From IMG/VR virus record IMGVR_UViG_3300045988_070243: a stretch of DNA of 33,290 nt. One strand, given 5' to 3'. Shown in pieces: positions 32,126-33,290 of this stretch (the first letter of the stretch is position 1; the number at the start of each line of letters is the position of its first letter). The position numbers and the translations under genes were made by a program. Below the pieces are notes generated by a model. It ran no database searches, was not told where the DNA came from, and saw only the letters and a program-made list of their open reading frames with translations. This DNA comes from a virus.

Positions 32126-32696
32126 ACTACAAAAGATAATTATAGGCTTTGCAGTCCTTATGGTGCTATTCGGTGCAATAACCAAGATGGTAGACACCAT
32201 AAGGAAGCAAGGAGCCGAAATAGGACGTTTGGAACGTAACGTCGAGGCGATGAACGATGTGCAGATAGAGTACAAAACAAAGCTCGGTGATGCGGCGGTG
32301 AAGCGTAAAGCTTTAGAGATGTCGCACAAGGAGCTAAAGAAGACGAACGCAGACCTATATAAAGCGGTGGAGGCACTAAATGTCCGAGTGAAAGACGCGC
32401 TTTCCGCAACTCGTACCGTTACCAAGACAGTAATAAAGGAGGTTGTACGTACCGATACCGTAGCCGGGGAACTCATAGCGGAATACCGGGACGCATGGAA
32501 CACGATACAAGCAAGGGTTAAACGGGATAGCACGGAATTAAGCTACCAAGGCAGGGACACGATAACGGGTGTTATCACAGTCCGGAAGAAAAGATTCTTG
32601 TTTTTCAGATGGGGGGTCAAGGCTGTGGAGCACGACATATCAAACAAAAACCCCAAATCAAAGATGGATATAGACATAGCTGTAAAGCTAAAATAA
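32106..32696 (+). CDS. N-terminally anchored coiled-coil protein, i-spanin-like lysis accessory candidate (alternative start 32118)
   Basis: TM helix IIIGFAVLMVLFGAI followed by a long charged helical region. Last gene of the lysis cassette. The functional label rests on context only. Confidence 0.45.
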   Translation: MQYTMNKLQKIIIGFAVLMVLFGAITKMVDTIRKQGAEIGRLERNVEAMNDVQIEYKTKLGDAAVKRKALEMSHKELKKTNADLYKAVEALNVRVKDALSATRTVTKTVIKEVVRTDTVAGELIAEYRDAWNTIQARVKRDSTELSYQGRDTITGVITVRKKRFLFFRWGVKAVEHDISNKNPKSKMDIDIAVKLK

Positions 32697-32702
32697 TTAG
32701 GA

Positions 32703-32735
32703 AATGGAGGGCTGTTAACAGTTCTCCATTTTTTG
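32703..32735 (+). terminator. Rho-independent terminator closing the late block
   Basis: AATGGAGGGCTGTT / AACAGTTCTCCATT inverted repeat (two G-U pairs, centred on GTTAAC) followed by TTTTT. Confidence 0.7.
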
Positions 32736-32750
32736 TTAACATTCTTTAGA

Positions 32751-32970
32751 CACAGTCTGCACAGTAGAAAAGTAGGTCTGTGCAGGTCTCTTGTGCAGTC
32801 TAACTCCTTATATTATAATACATTATATGTAAATGCACAGTAAACACAGTAAAAAGGGGGTAAAACATTATTTTGGAGAAAATACCATTTACCACTATAG
32901 AACGAGCTGTAAAAACCGCTATATCCTATATTAAAGTTTAGAAATTTAGGTGCGTTTCTGTGCTGTGCAG
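32751..32970 (+). repeat. Noncoding junction element, copy B (related to 15190..15395)
   Basis: Blocks shared with copy A: 32778..32820, 32823..32834, 32845..32882 (38 nt perfect), 32926..32944 (19 nt perfect), 32948..32970. 8-mers at 32757, 32778, 32791 (TTGTGCAG), 32833 (ATGCACAG) and 32963. Confidence 0.9.
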
Positions 32971-33063
32971 GATAAGGCACTGATAAATAGCACTTTAGAT
33001 TGTACACACTGTTCATTTACATCTTTTCACTTTTGATTAAGGTTTATTAGCACAAAAAAGAGA

Positions 33064-33105
33064 TACAACCTATTGATATTTGCTGTATCTTCGCAATGTC
33101 AAAAG
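33064..33105 (+). promoter_or_regulatory. Early promoter cassette copy 6 (variant): ACAACCTATTG - ATATTTG - TATCTTCG (33086..33093) - AATGTCAAAAGGAAA
   Basis: Closely similar to 9611..9656, and to 2960..2990 in its upstream part. Likely the first early promoter after the late terminator. Confidence 0.4.
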
Positions 33106-33191
33106 GAAACAAGGTTGTTCTTTACTGAAACTAAGAACACGATACCCGAAAGGGAAAGTTTGGAAAGTGAAAGGGATCCAAACACCGAATA

Positions 33192-33290
33192 GTTTTTTTT
33201 AAAAGAAAAGAGGTCACCAAGACATTAAACTGGAGATAACCGTGAACAAGTAAGAACGTAGATTTGTATTAACGTATAAAACGAAGCGAA
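33192..33290. repeat. Terminal direct repeat, right copy (identical to 1..99)
   Basis: Same 99-nt string as 1..99. The window ends exactly where the identity ends, as expected for an assembler overlap or terminal redundancy. Confidence 0.95.

Noticed and set aside
32106-32696. Embedded Rz1-like o-spanin in an alternative frame of the coiled-coil gene
   Set aside because: The out-of-frame ATGs I could find (for example ATGCGGCGGTGA, ATGTCCGAGTGA, ATGGAACAC...TAA) terminate within 2-8 codons, and none encodes a lipobox.
33147-33176. Purine-rich GAAAG repeats (CGAAAGGGAAAGTTTGGAAAGTGAAAGGG) as iterons in the early leader
   Set aside because: This is a short, imperfect, single cluster with no second copy elsewhere. 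It cannot be distinguished from a purine-rich 5' leader by eye, so it is noted but not claimed.

Overview
The window is a complete tailed-phage (Caudoviricetes) dsDNA genome. Its ends are an identical 99-bp repeat (1..99 = 33192..33290), giving a unit length of 33,191 bp. Every gene I can support is on the + strand. Genes fall into two blocks. The early/replication block (102..15024) carries a recognisable module: DUF2800-type PD-(D/E)XK exonuclease, DUF2815/T7 gp2.5-like SSB, metallophosphoesterase, family A DNA polymerase, primase-polymerase/VirE-type helicase, VRR-NUC nuclease and SNF2 helicase, interspersed with many small ORFs. The late block (15661..32696) carries terS, a LamG-like gene, terL, virion genes including a tape-measure-like coiled-coil protein, scaffold-like and major-capsid candidates, three tandem paralogs and a portal candidate, then a lysis cassette (holin, GH108 endolysin, TM coiled-coil protein). 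Promoter-like boxes fit the Bacteroidota consensus (TAnnTTTG -7 box) and most leaders are A-rich without Shine-Dalgarno sequences, so a Bacteroidota host is inferred. No integrase, repressor, tRNA, CRISPR array or reverse transcriptase was seen. The main unexplained structures are: (1) a ~210-bp noncoding element present once in each of the two ~600-bp module junctions (15190..15395 and 32751..32970), each with five CTGTGCAG/CTGCACAG 8-mers and an AT-rich core; (2) a protein-like 90-codon open frame with no start codon (16296..16565), joined in frame through a single TAG to the LamG-like gene between terS and terL; (3) a perfect 40-bp tandem duplication (221..300) that frameshifts a small early ORF; (4) a ~60-bp early-promoter cassette repeated at least six times; (5) three tandem paralogous structural genes with a conserved Cys-x11-Cys N-terminus. 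All protein family calls come from motifs read by eye and need HMM or structure searches to confirm.
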